Positions 62,343 to 63,228 of a stretch of DNA of 63,228 nucleotides are shown here, piece by piece. The notes beneath the pieces were generated by a model that was given only the letters and a program-made list of their open reading frames with translations, had not been told where the DNA came from and searched no databases. The DNA is taken from positions 1 to 63,228 of the forward strand of contig JAKFCJ010000183.1 in the NCBI GenBank assembly GCA_036676705.1, read 5' to 3'. Both the position numbers and the translations under genes were made by a program. Origin of the DNA: Bacteroidota bacterium (GTDB lineage: Bacteria > Bacteroidota > Bacteroidia > UBA8524). Numbering within the stretch: position 1 is the stretch's first letter; the number at the start of each line of letters is the position of its first letter.

Positions 62343-62443
62343 CTGAAAACTGAACACTGAAAACTGAACCCTCCTTCGCTTTGTGGTGTCTTCATTACCA
62401 TTTAATGCAACAACAAAAGCTTCGGCGGGCGCAGCTGAAAACT
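62343..62443 (-). repeat. CTGAAAA/CTGAACA 7-mer array interrupted by a palindromic element
   Basis: Four units at 62343-62370, insert at 62369-62430, further CTGAAAA at 62435 abutting the crtZ stop codon. Confidence 0.75.
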
Positions 62444-62894
62444 ACTTCACCATCCTCCAATACCTTCTGCTCACGATCAACATCCCAAACGACTCCCCAT
62501 GCTCTTTGCCGAGGTGTTTATGATGCATTTTATGCGCCCGGCGTATGGCTTTGATATAGGTGCTGTCGAAATCCCTTAACCACTTAAAACGTTGATGGAT
62601 GATAACTTCATGAACAAGAAAATAAGCACATCCATAAAAAAGTATTCCCAGTCCAACATAGAGGCGCCAGTCATTGCCGGCCATCATGCCAAACATCATG
62701 AACAGCCAACTGGGGACGGCGAAAATCAGGAAAAACAGATCGTTCTTTTCAAAAAAGCCCGGGGAGCCCTGGTGGTGGTCCTGATGGATCTTCCATAAAA
62801 AGCCGTGCATCACAAAGCGGTGGGTAAACCAGGCCATAAATTCCATAAACCAAAAAGTGGCCAGGATGATCAGTATGGCAATAAAAGGATTCAT
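62442..62894 (-). CDS. crtZ: Beta-carotene hydroxylase
   Basis: HRFVMHG.LW..HQDHH, FEKND, VHEVIIHQRF, AHKMHH, GESFG. Confidence 0.9.
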   Translation of the reverse strand: MNPFIAILIILATFWFMEFMAWFTHRFVMHGFLWKIHQDHHQGSPGFFEKNDLFFLIFAVPSWLFMMFGMMAGNDWRLYVGLGILFYGCAYFLVHEVIIHQRFKWLRDFDSTYIKAIRRAHKMHHKHLGKEHGESFGMLIVSRRYWRMVK

Positions 62895-63228
62895 TTTAAC
62901 AAGGAAGTAATTTCCTCATCCATCGGTTTTACAGCGGATCCAAAATACGCGATCAGCTTGCCATCCTCATCGATCATAAACTTATTGAAATTCCATTTGA
63001 TACTGTAATCGTCGACCCCGTTTTGGCTTTTATTGGTCAGCCATTGATATACAGCATGTTGATTTTCACCTTTCACATCGATCTTTTCGGTCATCAAGAA
63101 GCTAACCCCGTAGTTCTTTTTGCAAAAACTTTCGATCTCTTCGGGCGCTCCGGGCTCTTGTCCGCCAAACTGGTTGCAGGGGAAACCGATGACCACGAGT
63201 TTGTCGCCATACTTTTTATGAAGTTCTT
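62891..63228 (-). CDS. Glutathione peroxidase family protein, C-terminal part (runs off the window end)
   Basis: ELHKKYGDKLVVIGFPCNQFGGQEPG, IKWNFNKF. Confidence 0.92.
   Translation of the reverse strand, partial: ELHKKYGDKLVVIGFPCNQFGGQEPGAPEEIESFCKKNYGVSFLMTEKIDVKGENQHAVYQWLTNKSQNGVDDYSIKWNFNKFMIDEDGKLIAYFGSAVKPMDEEITSLLK

Noticed and set aside
62891-63228. Selenocysteine in the glutathione peroxidase
   Set aside because: The catalytic N-terminal codon lies beyond the window and cannot be assessed.

Overview
Core-chromosome segment of a Bacteroidota bacterium. The evidence is repeated TAnnTTTG -7 promoter motifs, the T9SS/gliding genes porU, three porP/sprF paralogues and gldJ, T9SS type A and B cargo proteins, a eukaryote-type citrate synthase and a long-insertion Rho. 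It holds about 57 CDS: housekeeping genes (ahcY, rho, rpoN, asnS, ppx, pdxJ, waaA, ABC-F), an fnr-usp-ccoI-ccoS block, scattered paa genes, an MbnP(T9SS-CTD)-MbnH-MbnH cluster, a MoxR/DUF58/SpoIIM/RDD cluster and a nucleotide-sugar operon. I recognised no rRNA, tRNA, CRISPR array, transposase, integrase or prophage. The least explained signals are mostly non-coding: (i) a four-helix-bundle (IVP/Avd-like) gene enclosed by inverted 7-mer arrays, with related arrays directly behind stop codons elsewhere; (ii) two dispersed 62-bp elements with conserved arms and an exactly 23-nt variable core, plus a short 'empty' form; (iii) a palindrome doublet beside a DUF559 nuclease; (iv) a candidate sigma54-driven ~60-nt sRNA near rpoN. 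On the coding side: two internally duplicated GldN/PorN-like genes, a secreted MbnP with one Trp-less MbnH partner, a coiled-coil insertion in AsnRS, and a divergent DGGGPS-like/geranylgeranyl reductase pair. All family calls come from reading motifs by eye; no database searches were run.
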